Below, piece by piece: positions 1 to 12,699 of a stretch of DNA of 64,000 bases. The DNA lies in NCBI GenBank assembly GCA_951406725.2, contig OX597816.1, positions 72,230,001-72,294,000 on the forward strand, written 5' to 3'. Made by a program: the position numbers and the translations under genes. The notes below the pieces were generated by a model, which saw nothing but the letters and a program-made list of their open reading frames with translations, searched no databases and had not been told where the DNA came from. Position 1 is the stretch's first letter. Every line of letters begins with the position of its first letter. The stretch is from Octopus vulgaris. Lineage: Eukaryota.

Positions 1-62
1 GGGTTGCCTGAAGTCAGAACGTAAAGTGACAATGATACAAGCTTTGGTGGTGACAAGTGTCG

Positions 63-102
<40 letters not shown>

Positions 103-106
<4 letters not shown>

Positions 107-386
107 ACGTGATCACCAGACCATCAGATGTTGCTACACATCGCTGGTCACAATGAGCTTAGCATTGTTTTAGCCTTCAAATGACTCCCCCCCCGCTTCC
201 TAAGCAAGCAGGCCAACAGAAGAAAGAGTGAGAGAAAGGTGTGGTGAAAGAGTACAGCAGGAATCACCTCCAACCCCTCCTGGAGCCTCGTGGAGCTTTA
301 GGTGTTTTTTTCTCAATAAACACTCAATAAACGCCCGGTCTGGGACTCGAAACCACTGCCTTAACCACTGGCCCATTGCGCCTCCA
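103..386 (-). mobile_element. tRNA-derived SINE, family A (resembles octopus OR-type tRNA-Arg SINEs), head internally deleted
   Basis: Minus strand begins TGGAGGCGCAATGGGCCAGTGGTTAAGG (A box) then TTTCGAGTCCC (B-box-like); body AAACACCTAAAGCTCCACGAGGCTCC shared with copies at 6585, 11020, 18001, 63385; flanked by (TA)n. Confidence 0.85.
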
Positions 387-404
387 TATATATATATATA
401 TATG

Positions 405-960
405 CTAAATTCTTGACTGGCAATTTTATCGACCTCCGACTGGTAGAATGAAAAGTTCAAAGGCTAAGTCATTCAGCTGGATTTAAGCTCAGAACACATA
501 AACGGACATAACTAAATACCACATTGCATTTAGTTCGAATTCTTGATAATTTACAAATCTATTGCGTTTTTAAAATACTACTATTATAATCCTTTCTACT
601 ATAGGCACAAGGCCTGGACTTTGTGGGGAGGGGGACAGTCGATCACATCGACCACAGTGTTTCACTGGTACTTTAATTTATCGACCTCGACGGAATTTGA
701 ACTGATAACGTAACGGTAGATGAAATACCTATTTCTTTACTACCCACAAGGGGCTAAACACAGAGAGGACAAACAAGGACAGACAAATGGATTAAGTCAA
801 TTATATCGAACCTAGTGCGTGACTGGTACTTATTTAATCGACTACGAAAGGATGAAAGGCAAAGTCGACCTCGACGGAATTTGAACTCAGAACGTAGCGG
901 CAGACGAAATACGGCTACGCATTTCGCTCGGCGTGCTAAAGATTCTGCCAGCTCGCTGCC

Positions 961-1008
<48 letters not shown>

Positions 1009-1720
1009 CATGTGCCTGATGTACCCTTATCAGACGGGTAGTCATGATGGGTATATTGGGATTCGTATATATTACCCCAGTGTCACTTTGATGGTATGCA
1101 CTGCTCTCTCACTCAATAATAATAATAATAATTATTATTATTTCTAATATAGGCATAATGCCTATAGGATGGATTAGTCGTTTACATCGACTCCAGTGCT
1201 AAAATGGTAATTATTTAATCGACCCCGAAAAAATAAAAACCAAAGTCGATCAGGGCGGAATCTAAACTCAGAACATAAAGCCGAAAGAAATACTGCCAAA
1301 CATCGTGACCGCTTTGATAAAAATGAATACATTTTTCTTACATATGCACAAGATCAGGAATCTTGGAGAAGGTGTTGACGACTGTATGGATCTTAGTACC
1401 TGTCTAGTACTTTGTTTTATTGACAAGCAGAAAGCTGAAAGACGCAGCTGATCGTGGCGGGAACTAAATACCTCTAAGATATTTTGATCTGTCGCTGAAA
1501 CAGTTCCTCCGTTCCATGAACCTTAATTGTTTCTAACATAAGCACAATGTCTGAAATTTGATGGGAAGATGTTAGTCGATAAACAAAATCAAGCCCAGTG
1601 CGTAATTGGCATTCTATTTTATCGACTCTGGAGAGATGAAACCGAGTTCAAATCCCAGAGGGATTTAAATTTAGGCTGAGAAAAGGCAAGCTCTAACGAT
1701 TCTGCCACTCCACTGCCTGA
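405..1720 (-). mobile_element. Cluster of same-orientation family B SINE copies (best copy 590-962, dimeric); core resembles the Meta-SINE domain
   Basis: Repeated matches to GTCGACTTTGCCTTTCATCCTTTCGGGGTCGATAAATTAAGTACCAG; head AAGGCAGCGAGCTGGCAGAATC ends at 962; degenerate copies near 405-560, 1140-1320, 1330-1520, 1530-1720. Confidence 0.85.
1005..1135 (+). mobile_element. 3' fragment of the (TAA)n-tailed ~560-bp repeat also present at 37915 and 39085
   Basis: ATGCATGTGCCTG..ACCCTTATCAGACGGGTAGTCATGATGGG..CTCTCTCACTCAATAATAAT matches the 3' ends of those copies; embedded in (TAA)n. Confidence 0.85.
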
Positions 1721-1904
1721 CAATATATTTAATCTTTTATCTTTTACTTGTTTCAGTCATTAGATTGCGGCCATACTGGGGTACTAAATCTGAAGAATTT
1801 TACCAGGTTTTAAAAAAGAAGTGCTTTTTAAAAACCTGGTACTTATTCTATAGAACTCACCAGCAACGGTTGTCAAGCGGTGGTGAGGTACAAACATACA
1901 CGAG

Positions 1905-2158
1905 CTGCGTGTTGTGTTCTTGAGCAAGACACCTTATTTCATGTTGCTCCAGTTCACTCAGCTGTAGAAATGAGTTGCGACGTCACTGGTGCCAAACTGT
2001 ATCGGCAATTTGCCTTTCCCTTGGATAACATCGGTGGCGTGGAGAGGGGAGGCCGGTATGCATGGGCGACTGCTGGACTTCCATAAACAACTTTGCGCGG
2101 ACTCGGAGGGTAACTTTCTAGGTGCAATCCCATGGTCATCTATGGTCGAAGGAGGTCG

Positions 2159-2160
<2 letters not shown>
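1905..2160 (+). mobile_element. Family C SINE (CORE-like body), 5' truncated
   Basis: GTTCTTGAGCAAGACACCTTATTTCATGTTGCTCCAGTTCACTCAGCTGTAGAAATGAG; same tail as 26817-27165. Confidence 0.8.
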
Positions 2161-2203
<43 letters not shown>

Positions 2204-2326
2204 GGAGAAGTTAATCGATAAAAATCATCTCCAGTGCTTGTCAATAACACAAAATACTAATCAAGATCGATACAATTGTTAACACCTCCAAGATTTCTGA
2301 TTTTATGCAAATGTAAAAAAGAATGT

Positions 2327-2571
2327 CTTATTTTTATCAGAAACTATTGTCAAGGATTAAAGGATAATCCATTTTAACATCTAATCTGCTTCATTTAATT
2401 TATTTGATGAAATTTATAGAACTTTGTTTAATAAATTAAGCCTTATATTAATTATTTGTTTACATACAATCATACCTATACGATTAAAAAATCTATAAAT
2501 GAAATATGATTAAAAGGAATTAGAAATCTATGGAAAAATTCTTATTAAAGGACGAAGATATATTCATATGG

Positions 2572-2625
<54 letters not shown>

Positions 2626-3004
2626 CACGTATATTTTCGGTGCTACTTACTACATAAATATGCATTAATTTCAGCACCCTCACTGAAAAAGTACGGATGG
2701 CAAATTAATTTATTTTGCACATTAATTCAGAAACTCGAGTTTGAGGGTAACTACAAAATTTTTTTTTCATTCCCCTTGAAATTGGTCTTATTCGTGATTT
2801 GAGCTTTAACTGCCCTTTCTAGCGTGTAAGGTGTCCTGTCAAAGGTCAGCTCATTCGTGTAAAAATTCATAAATTGTTTATGCACCATATCCATATATAT
2901 AGGTCAAAAACAGTTTGATTCAAATTCGTTGGTACTCCGAGTTTCAAAGCGTGATGCTAATCCTCAGCCATTGGAAACTCGTGGCTGAGGATTAGTATCA
3001 CGCT

Positions 3005-3044
<40 letters not shown>

Positions 3045-3437
3045 AGCGTGATACTAATCCTCAGCCACGAGTTTCCAATGGCTGAGGATTAGCATCACGC
3101 TTTGAAACTCGGAGTACCAACGAATTTGAATCAAACTGTTTTTGACCTATATATATATATATATATATATGGATATGGTGCATAAACAATTTATGAATTT
3201 TTACACGAATGAGCTGACCTTTGACAGGACACCTTACACGCTAGAAAGGGCAGTTAAAGCTCAAATCACGAATAAGACCAATTTCAAGGGAATGAAAAAA
3301 AAAATTTTGTAGTTACCCTCAAACTCGAGTTTCTGAATTAATGTGCAAAATAAATTAATTTGCCATCCGTACTTTTTCAGTGAGGGTGCTGAAATTAATG
3401 CATATTTATGTAGTAAGTAGCACCGAAAATATACGTG

Positions 3438-3487
<50 letters not shown>

Positions 3488-3733
3488 CCATATGAATATA
3501 TCTTCGTCCTTTAATAAGAATTTTTCCATAGATTTCTAATTCCTTTTAATCATATTTCATTTATAGATTTTTTAATCGTATAGGTATGATTGTATGTAAA
3601 CAAATAATTAATATAAAGGCTTAATTTATTAAACAAAGTTCTATAAATTTCATCAAATAAATTAAATGAAGCAGATTAGATGTTAAAATGGATTATCCTT
3701 TAATCCTTGACTATAGTTTCTGATAAAAATAAG
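2327..3733. repeat. ~1.4-kb near-perfect palindrome centred on a (TA)n tract
   Basis: 2327-3009 is the reverse complement of 3040-3733; differences seen are one substitution and microsatellite/homopolymer lengths. Confidence 0.95.
3079..3119 (+). ncRNA. Minimal type I hammerhead-like motif (mirror copy at 2930-2970, minus strand)
   Basis: TGG-CTGAGGA-ttAGCatcacGCTtt-GAAA-CTCGGAG-TA-CCA: CUGANGA and GAAA cores, 3-bp stem I, near-palindromic stem III; base of stem II mismatched. Confidence 0.5.
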
Positions 3734-3958
3734 GCGGCGAGCTGGTAGAAACGTTAGCACGCCGGGCGAAATTCGTAGCCGTATTTCGTCTGTCGTTACG
3801 TTCCGAGTTCAAATTCCACCGAGGTCGACTTTGCCTTTCATCCTTTCGGGGTCGATAAATTAAGTACCAGTTACGCACTGGGGTCGATGTAGTCGACTTA
3901 ATCCCTTTGTCTGTCCTTGTTTGTCCCCTCTGTGTTTAACCCCTTGTGGGTAGTAAAG

Positions 3959-3961
<3 letters not shown>
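3731..3961 (+). mobile_element. Family B SINE, full-length monomer
   Basis: AAGGCGGCGAGCTGG head, GAGTTCAAATTCC B box, core, CCCCTTGTGGGTAGTAAAGAAAT tail. Confidence 0.9.
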
Positions 3962-4030
<69 letters not shown>

Positions 4031-4039
4031 GAGGGAAGA

Positions 4040-4115
4040 AAAAGACGAAGACAGGTGGTGTAGACAACAAACAGATGTATTAGTATAACGCTCGGGAAGT
4101 GAAAAAGTCTTTATA
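4040..4115 (-). mobile_element. Short terminal fragment of a microsatellite-associated, probably Penelope-like repeat (second copy 8190-8350)
   Basis: AGACGAAGAC.GGTG..ACAACA..GTATTAGT..ACGCTCGGGAAG..GAAAAAGTCTTT shared by both copies, both next to TA/GA tracts. Confidence 0.55.
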
Positions 4116-4200
4116 CGCGAAACATTATATATATTAATGTACACATACGAACATACATATACTCATATGTATGTATTATATATATATATATATATATATA

Positions 4201-4566
4201 TCTATATATAAACGGTAGTTTGTCTGTGTGTGTTTCTGTGTGTCTGTCAGGTTGTACACTCACCCTGACCACGGCTTTCAACCGATTCTGATGAAACTTG
4301 ACACACACATAGCCCAATGTCATAATTCAAAACTAACGCAGCGAAAATTTTGAAAAGTTCCCCCAGTTCTGAAAAAAATCGATAAATTCGACATGGGGTC
4401 GAGAATCAGAAACACAAACCACAGACTGTCTAGGGGACGCAACTCGACCTTTTTAACTAAAAAAAAAATTTACCATAATTTTTTTCCTTTTTTGGCTATA
4501 ACTCTCTAAAAATGCTTTATAGTTATTTCCCTTACAAACCCGAGCAACGCCGGGCGATACTGCTAG
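4201..4566 (+). mobile_element. Non-autonomous Helitron (~365 bp)
   Basis: 5' TC, 3' hairpin CCCGAGCAACGCCGGG then CTAG, inserted A|T in (TA)n; near-identical inverted copy at 62449-62826. Confidence 0.9.
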
Positions 4567-4682
4567 TATATATATATACGTGAAGCATTATATATAACAT
4601 ATTAATGCAAACATTACTATACTACTATACATGTGTCTATGTGTGTACATATACGAACACACATACACTCATATATGTATAT

Positions 4683-4766
<84 letters not shown>

Positions 4767-5374
4767 GCATATATGCACACACAACAGGTTAATGTTTCTG
4801 TTAATTTTCTCACATAAGTTCAAAGCAAGAAACTTTTTTGCTTTTTTTTTAGAAGCGAGAAATCTCTATTCCATTGACTTCCTAATAATAAAATACAAAG
4901 ACAAAATCGGCGGGATTTGAACTCAGAACGTAAGAGTACACATCCAAATACCGCAAATAATTCGTTCCTATAACACTACACGCTGCCCTGCCACCACTAC
5001 TACCACCACCAAGAAACTGTCAATAATCATGATTTATCAGTATACACGTATTGCCTTTACAGTATTATTTTTTTTCTCCTGTTAATTTTATTTTTCAATC
5101 TAATATTTTTCTTGGCGATAAGGTAGAGTGGAGTCCTAAGATTTATAAGCTCAGCGGTCTGGAAGATTGGTGTCTCTTCACTAATCGAAAGACATAAAAG
5201 GAAGAAATATATTCGTGTGTACATACGTGCCTAGCTACCTACCTACCTGTCTATCATTTGGACGTATGTATGTATAATAGATACTTGCATAGATATATAC
5301 GCATGAATGTATATACATACAGAATGTAATATATATATATAGTTACACTCACACAAACATAATACACATATACA

Positions 5375-5436
<62 letters not shown>

Positions 5437-5526
5437 TGTATATGTGTATAATATGTATATGTATATATATATATAATATGTATATAATATGTATATATAT
5501 ATATATATAAATATGTATATAATATG

Positions 5527-5561
<35 letters not shown>

Positions 5562-5800
5562 GTGTGTGTACACACGACTACATACATCTCTATATATATT
5601 GCAATATATACACACAATACATAAGTTCACACATATATACGTACATATACATAAACATTCATACACACACACTCATTTATATATACATACATTTATATAT
5701 ATACACACACACATATATATATACACATATACATGCGCATATAAGTACTGTACATTTATACATAAACCTGTCTGTCTTTGTCTCTTTTTTTCTCTCTCTC

Positions 5801-5850
<50 letters not shown>

Positions 5851-6584
5851 CGATATTAAACATACAAATGTTAAATACGTTTAATTCATTCTAACTGGTC
5901 TAATCCGAGACACATAATCGCAAAATTAGCTATAAGAATATAAGGAGCAGTGATATTCGTCTACGCGGTAAATATGGTGTAGAGATAAAACAGCTTAGAA
6001 AATCGCACAAAGCAAAATATAGGTGAAATGCCTACACCTGTTAAGTGCCTGTTTCTATGGTTACTTGCTGCACAAGGTTATCGGCTAGTTTCGGAAAGAG
6101 TAATGCGAGCCAAACAGCACCCCACAAACACAATCGAAGAAACTGACGAGCAATGAATTGAATACATTGAACGAAATTAGTTTTAGACTTGCAAATTTCT
6201 TTGTTGAGGTGAGCGACACACCCTAGAGAGATCAACTGCATACTGACTTCACGCTTACCCTCTTCCCTCTCTCACACACACGCACACACACAAAATCTTA
6301 GAGAATTTTAGAATGTAAAAACGGAGATTTAATAGATCACGGCAGCGTGATAGGGAAAATATTAAACCTAAAATCAAAACATCAAAGTGTTGCCTTGAAA
6401 ACGTTTAATAATCCTGATTGTTCGAGTGAATAGCCTTTAATGATAGGGAGAAAGGTGAATGAAAACTTCTTTTCAATGTTATTTTCTATATGTTGAGGTA
6501 CATACTATGTGTACGGAAATAGAGGGGTTGTATTTTACATTTTACGAAGGATGATTTCTGTAGCTGCTTTGTTTGTTTGTTTGT

Positions 6585-6908
6585 TGAGCGAAGCGGTCTT
6601 CATCCCAGAGCTCACAAGATCGCGCCTCTTGTAGTGGGAGAAGTCCGCAATGAGGTCCTTTGCTATTCGTAAGACCCGCAGAAGAGAAAGCAGGTCAACC
6701 CCCGACACCGAGAGCATCGACGGATGGATGAATGCGCATCCAGGTTCAGCGGTTGCGTAGGAAGTCGGGGACAAGAAACAGGAAAAAAGAGTGAGAGGAA
6801 GTTGGAGCGAAAGAGTACAACAGGAGTCGCCACCACCCCCTGCCGGAGCCTCGTGGAGCTTTAGGTGTTCGCTCAATAAACACACACAACGCCCGGTCTG
6901 GGAATCGA
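6585..6908 (-). mobile_element. Family A SINE with alternative tail, cut by the gap
   Basis: Family A body GGAGCCTCGTGGAGCTTTAGGTG; 3' part differs from the 103-386 copy. Confidence 0.8.
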
Positions 6909-7008
6909 NNNNNNNNNNNNNNNNNNNNNNNNNNNNNNNNNNNNNNNNNNNNNNNNNNNNNNNNNNNNNNNNNNNNNNNNNNNNNNNNNNNNNNNNNNNN
7001 NNNNNNNN
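6909..7008. other. Scaffold gap (100 N)
   Basis: Run of N. Confidence 1.
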
Positions 7009-7019
7009 ATATATAAATG

Positions 7020-7270
7020 CGCCCTTTTTAAAGCCTTGCCAGGCTCATGGGCCCGGTTTCCCGGTTTCTATGGCGTATGTGTTCCCCAGCTGAACGGGAC
7101 GCCAGTCTATCGCAGCGTTACTCATTTTTGCCAGCTAAGTGGACTGGAGCAATGTGAAATGAAGTGTCTTGCTCAAGAACACAACGCGTCGCTCGGTCCA
7201 GGAATCGAAACCACAATCTTACGATCATGTCATGGTGCTGACACCCCAACCACTAAGCCACGCACCTCCG
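7020..7270 (-). mobile_element. Family C SINE
   Basis: GGACTGGAGCAATGTGAAATGAAGTGTCTTGCTCAAGAACACAAC is the reverse of the family C core; tRNA-like head at 7200-7270. Confidence 0.85.
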
Positions 7271-7464
7271 CGCGCGCGCGCGCGTGTGTGTGTATGTATG
7301 TGTGTGTGTGTGTGTAGAAGTAAATATTTAAGTGTTGGTTATGTTCCTAGTAGCGAGCTGATGAAACACGTTCACTACCTATAGCTACCTGAAGTTATCC
7401 ACGGTATTTATGCAGTTGTCGTTGGATCTGCTTCAGGGACTCCTCAGCGTACGTTGTGTATATA

Positions 7465-7618
7465 ATAAATGACAGAGGCAGAAAATGGAATATACGAGAA
7501 ACTTTATTACTTACAACGATCCTTTCGACCCAGCTTTCATCTATGCAAGATGGGTCGAAACGATCGTTGTGAGCAATAAAGTTTCTCGTATATTCCATTT
7601 TCTGCCTCTGTCATTTAT
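7465..7618. repeat. Inverted repeat, 68-bp arms, 18-nt spacer, containing hammerhead 3' half GAAACGATCGTT
   Basis: Arms 7465-7532 and 7551-7618 are complementary with about 3 mismatches. Confidence 0.92.
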
Positions 7619-7644
7619 CACACACACACACATATATATATATA

Positions 7645-7899
7645 TTGATGTATTTAGGAATGGTCATTTTGCCAGTTTAGCCAATAAAAGCACACGCACT
7701 ATATATTTGGTGTTACTTTGCTTCAGCGTTATTCATTTTTTACATTAATCTTAATTTTATTTCGGCCAGAGTTCTTTCGTCACACTTCTGTGACCTCATC
7801 ATGTAAAAAATAAATAACGCTGAAGCAAAGTAACACCAAATATATAATGCGTGTGTTTTTATTGGCTAAACTAAGAATGACCTTTCCTAAATACAACAA
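7645..7899. repeat. Inverted repeat, ~100-bp arms, with a hammerhead remnant in the loop
   Basis: 7645-7745 vs 7801-7899; loop on minus strand reads TGATGA-G-GTCAC-agaagt-GTGAC-GAAA-GAAC-TC. Confidence 0.88.
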
Positions 7900-7963
7900 C
7901 ATCTGTTTCAACATATTTGCAAAACAAATATATAAACGTATATCTCTCTCTGTCTGTCTCTCT

Positions 7964-8015
<52 letters not shown>

Positions 8016-8026
8016 CATACATACAT

Positions 8027-8057
<31 letters not shown>

Positions 8058-8066
8058 CATACATAC

Positions 8067-8097
<31 letters not shown>

Positions 8098-10339
8098 CAT
8101 ACATACATATATATATATATATACATACATACATATATATATATATATACATACATACATATATATATGTATATATATATATATATATAGTTCAAATTTA
8201 CAGAAAACAAAAGACGAAGACTGGTGAGGGAACAACAGGCAGGTGTATTAGTTTGACGCTCGGGAAGAATGAAAAAGTCTTTGATGCTTCGAGCCTGTGC
8301 CCGTCGACAGAAAAGTTGTAAGGAAAAAAGTGGAGAGAGAGAAGGAAAAAAAACATCAGAGAAAATATGTGTAGGGAATAACGGTTCAACATGATGAAAT
8401 CACATGAAGAAAGAGGTTGAGTGAAAAGGAGATAATAATGGTAACACGGTTGAATTAGGGTCCGCAAGCGCGTGTATGTATGTATGTAAGAATGGTGTGT
8501 GTGAGTATGTGTGAATAGGGGCGAACGTGTGTGAATGTATGTCTGGGCGAGCTTAAAATTATGCGGGTTTATAAATATATATAATTTAAAGAAAACAGAA
8601 ACTGGAGAAGTACTGATTAACAACAATTGACTGACATCAATTATTATTTATTAATTCAATGCAAATAGACTGCATCCCATCTAACAGCTGTTTCTGATTC
8701 CAATGTATATTCAAAATATGTAAAAATATTTGGTAATAAAACCGATCTGAAACAAGGAGCTTCATATGAGTAAAGAATAAATAAAGAAGGGTATGGAGAA
8801 GAAAAAAGGGTCAAGCTGAATATGGTTGTAATCATACCAGTTTGCTTGTGCGTCTCTTTAGGCCGTTCAGTAAACGACTAAAACTAAATAGCAATTGGTA
8901 GATTAATCCTTTGTACAAGGGGGTGGGGTAGGATAGAAAAAATAAAATACAAAAATAATAATGGGATACGCCAATAGGTATTAGTCGGAGAAGTGGTTTA
9001 GATACAAAAAGGTTTTATATTAAACATAATAATTTATAATAGTTGTGTTTGTAGTACTAATTAATAGTATTAATCATAATAAAGTGCTAATCGGTTAAAT
9101 GCAATTTATTTATTTACTAGTAAGTGGTTAAGTCCTTCCATTCTGTTTAACTCACTGTTATGGATCACACACTCACACGTACATGTATGACTGTGGCGTA
9201 GTAGTAGTAATTTAATCTTAGGACCTCTTCTGATTGGGTAAGAGCTAACCTAAGCCCCGAGGCGTTCCAACTGTGACCATATCGTCATTTGATAAATCCA
9301 AAGTCACTGTACGGTGTATCTGCGTTTGTAAAAGACTGCATGGTATGGGCTGATGGACATTATGTGGCAGCTGTTTCCATCAGCTCGAAAGATCGGTTCG
9401 AGGAAATCTCGTTTGAATCATCCAAGGAAGGTAATATTTTCTCCTTGATTGCAGTGGTGGTGATGGTATTAGCAATGGTGATAGTTACATGTCGTTTAAT
9501 CGAGAATGTGACTGAGGATTGTGGGTGGTCAGCATTACGGGTGTAAGTTAAACGAGAGGTGAACGTGAACAGCCCAGTCAGCCATCACATATAAATAAAT
9601 AAAATAATAATAAATGAAATTGAAAAAAAAAAAAAACCCAAATGATCTTGAACAAATAAAATATAAATTAAATACCCTTTTCAGAAAACAAAAGATCAAC
9701 TACCGAAAAGGAGAAGAAAAAAAGGAAAATAAGTGCTTATTGCTCGATTTGATCTCTTGGCTTTTGTTATTGTGTGTTAACACATTAAGTAGTCGAATAG
9801 CTTCATTGGTGGACCACACATGATGAACGACGATTAACGACAGACGGTAGTGACGACGGGTTTTTTTTTCTTAATGAAATGATGTCTAATCGGTTGGATG
9901 GTGTTGAATTGAACTGACTTAATTTTCACTGCCTCAGTAGGTACACACACACACATACTTACATGCACACATATTTACATACAGTCACTGGCATACACAC
10001 ATATTTATGCTCACTCACTGGCGCGCGTACACATTCACACACACACACATATAGTAAAGGACAAACAATTATCCCACGCACCGGCGCAATAAATGAAGTC
10101 AATTGTTCGAACTTTTGTGATCAAGGCATCCGTCAACAAGTGATCAATTATGCCTTCTGTAACGTTTGACGAAATAGAGGTTGTGATATTGATATTTTTT
10201 CTCAATGGCATTAAATGTTCAAGTAAAATCAGATAAAAATATGGGGCCCAGAAACCAAATCCAGTTAGCAGATTCAATATACAGGGTATCTATCATCCAC
10301 ACTACGATGTTAATTATATTTCACTGTATCAATGTATCA

Positions 10340-10617
10340 ACCAGACTGTCGATGATCACAATGCGCTTCCAATTCTTTTTAGATTGCGTCTTTCTTTTTC
10401 CATCGTGTAACCAAATCATTTTCCTATCGTTGAAGAGGCCTTTCGAATGGCCTATTCTGATCGCTTGGATATCACTCGGTAACGGCATGGGTCCACCTGT
10501 GAACCACGTGACATGTGCGGTCCAGCAAAACTTGTATTTTTGATATTCTGCGATCATCTCGTTCACTCCACTTCGTTCTTGAATTACTTTCTTTCGAATA
10601 TCCCCATGCCGTGATAT
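10340..10617 (-). pseudogene. Degenerate 3' end of an RTE-clade non-LTR retrotransposon ORF
   Basis: Frameshifted IRKKVIQERSGVNEMI..KFCWTAHV..WTHAVTE.YP..RPFERPLQR resembles the RTE C-terminal KW.WAGHVAR..RWT..EW.P..GRP..RW pattern. Confidence 0.7.
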
Positions 10618-10812
10618 TTACTCTTTTACTTGTTTCAGTCATTTGACTGTGGCACCGCCTTTAGTCGAGCAAATCGACCCCAAGGCATATTCTTTGTGAG
10701 CCTAGTGCTTATTCTATCGGTCCCTTTTGCCGAACCGCTAAGTTACGGGGACGTAAACACACCAGCATCGGTTGTCAAGCGATGTTGGGAGGGGAGACAA
10801 ACACAGACACAA

Positions 10813-10853
<41 letters not shown>

Positions 10854-11019
10854 CACGACGGGCTTCTTTCATTTTCCGTCTACCAAATCCACTCACAAGG
10901 CTTTGGTCTGCCCGAGGCTATAGTAGAAGACACTTGCCCAAGGTGCCACACAGTGGGACTGAACACGGAACCATGTGGTTGGTAAGCAAACTACTTACCA
11001 CACAGCAACTCTTACGCCT
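10618..11019 (-). mobile_element. Family D SINE (tRNA-like head, internal microsatellite, GACTGAAACAAGTAAAAGAG tail)
   Basis: Reverse complement of the full copy at 23757-24182. Confidence 0.9.
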
Positions 11020-11175
11020 GACGCAATGGCCTAGTGGTTAGGGCAGCGAACTCGCGGTTGTAGGATCACGGTTTCGATTCCCAGACCGGGCGTTGTGAGT
11101 GTTTATTGAGCGAAAACACCTAAAGCTTCACGAGGCTCCGGCAAGGGGTGGTGGCGATCTCTGCTGTAACCTTTT
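11020..11175 (+). mobile_element. Family A SINE, 5' half
   Basis: GCAATGGCCTAGTGGTTAGGGCAGCG..GGTTTCGATTCCCAGACCGGGCG. Confidence 0.85.
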
Positions 11176-11177
11176 AT

Positions 11178-11408
11178 AAGGCGGGCGAGCTGGCAGAATC
11201 GTTAGCATGCCGGGCGAAATGCGTAGCCGTATTTCGTCTGCCGTTACGTTCTGAGTTCAAATTCCGCCGAGGTCGACTTTGCCTTTCACCCTTTCGGGGT
11301 CGATAAATTAAGTACCAGTTACGCACTGGGTCGATGTAATCGACTTAATTCGTTTGTCTGTCCTTGTTTGTCCCCTCTATGTTTAGCCCCTTGTGGGTAA
11401 TAAAGAAA
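11178..11408 (+). mobile_element. Family B SINE
   Basis: Near-identical to 3731-3961. Confidence 0.9.
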
Positions 11409-11668
11409 CATTTTATAAAAACATTTGATTTAACCTATAGTGTTGTTAGAAATAAGAACAATAGAAATAAAATTACTTGGTGAATAAAAAATACTTCCTT
11501 TTTAGAACTCTGCAGTAGCTATACTGCCTGTGCAGCCGTGCCTACTGCCTATGCAGTCGTTCACTAACGACAGTCACTGGTGGGTACACGCTAAATTCAA
11601 GCACTCAATGTGTGCCTGCCTGGCATTGACTGATCGTGTGGACGGATCTTTGATAAGTATAGAATCAA

Positions 11669-12021
11669 TTATTATCTCCGCCTTAGCGAAGGCAGGGGTG
11701 TTGTTTTCAGTCGTGTTGTTTTTTTGTTCGTGCACAAGATATCTCAAGAACCGCTGGATGGATTCGGATGAAGCTTTCAGGGGAGTTTGGCCTCGTGACT
11801 GACACGAACTGATTAGATTTTGGGATAAGGACTCTGGATTATTTTTCCGTTTATTTTACTTAATTTTTGAGAGCGGTCGGATTCATTTTTAGTCTTCTCG
11901 CTTGTGAGAGCAACCGTGTTTATTTCAGATATTCTCATTTAAAAAAATCATCTTCGGCTACTCGTTTAGAAGACATTGAAGTTGCCTTGGCGGAGGTTTG
12001 CGCTCTCTGAGTGCTCTCGTT
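11669..12021 (+). mobile_element. Helentron-associated (DINE-1/HINE-like) non-autonomous element
   Basis: Subterminal inverted repeat CTCCGCC / GGCGGAG, small 3' hairpin CGCTCTCTGAGTG, TT-rich flanks. Confidence 0.6.
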
Positions 12022-12041
12022 ATAATAATTACATTTTCATA

Positions 12042-12445
12042 CGGCAGCGAGCTGGCAGAATCGTTAGCACGCCGGGCGAAATGCGTAGCCGTATTTCGTC
12101 TGCCGTTACGTTCTGAGTTCAAATTTCGCCGAGGTTGACTTTGCCTTTCATCCTTTCGGGGTCGATAAATTAAGTACCAGTTACGCACTGGGGTCGATAT
12201 AATCGACTTAATCCGTTTGTCTGTCCTTGTTTGTCCTCTCTGTGTTTAGCCCCTTGTGGGTAGTAAAGAAATAGGTATTTCGTCTGCCGTTACGTACCGA
12301 GTTCAAATTCCGTCGAGGTCGACTTCGCCTTTCATCCTTTCGGGGTCGACAAATTAAGTACTAATTGCGTACTGGGGTCTATCTAATCGATTGAACCCCT
12401 CTCCCAAAATTTCGAGCCTTGTGCATTGAGTAGAAAAGATTATTA
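12042..12445 (+). mobile_element. Family B SINE, dimeric form
   Basis: Monomer followed at AAAGAAATAGGTATTT|CGTC by a second headless core with a different tail. Confidence 0.9.
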
Positions 12446-12699
12446 CACTTTCTAAATCGTATTCCACTATGCAGCGCCTACCATACTGCAAAATATATTC
12501 CTAATCGCTTTACGCTACTAAAATAGGGGTCAGACGTTCCCTTGTTGAAACTCAATGGTTTATGATTATTAATTTGTTTGTTTGTTTTTCTTTTCTATCA
12601 GAAGTTGTAAGGACACCTGAGTTTTACAGGTGACAGAGTTTGGATGAAGGCATAACACAGTTGGAAACTGATCCAGGGGTTCTAGAGATTGGAGTGCTG

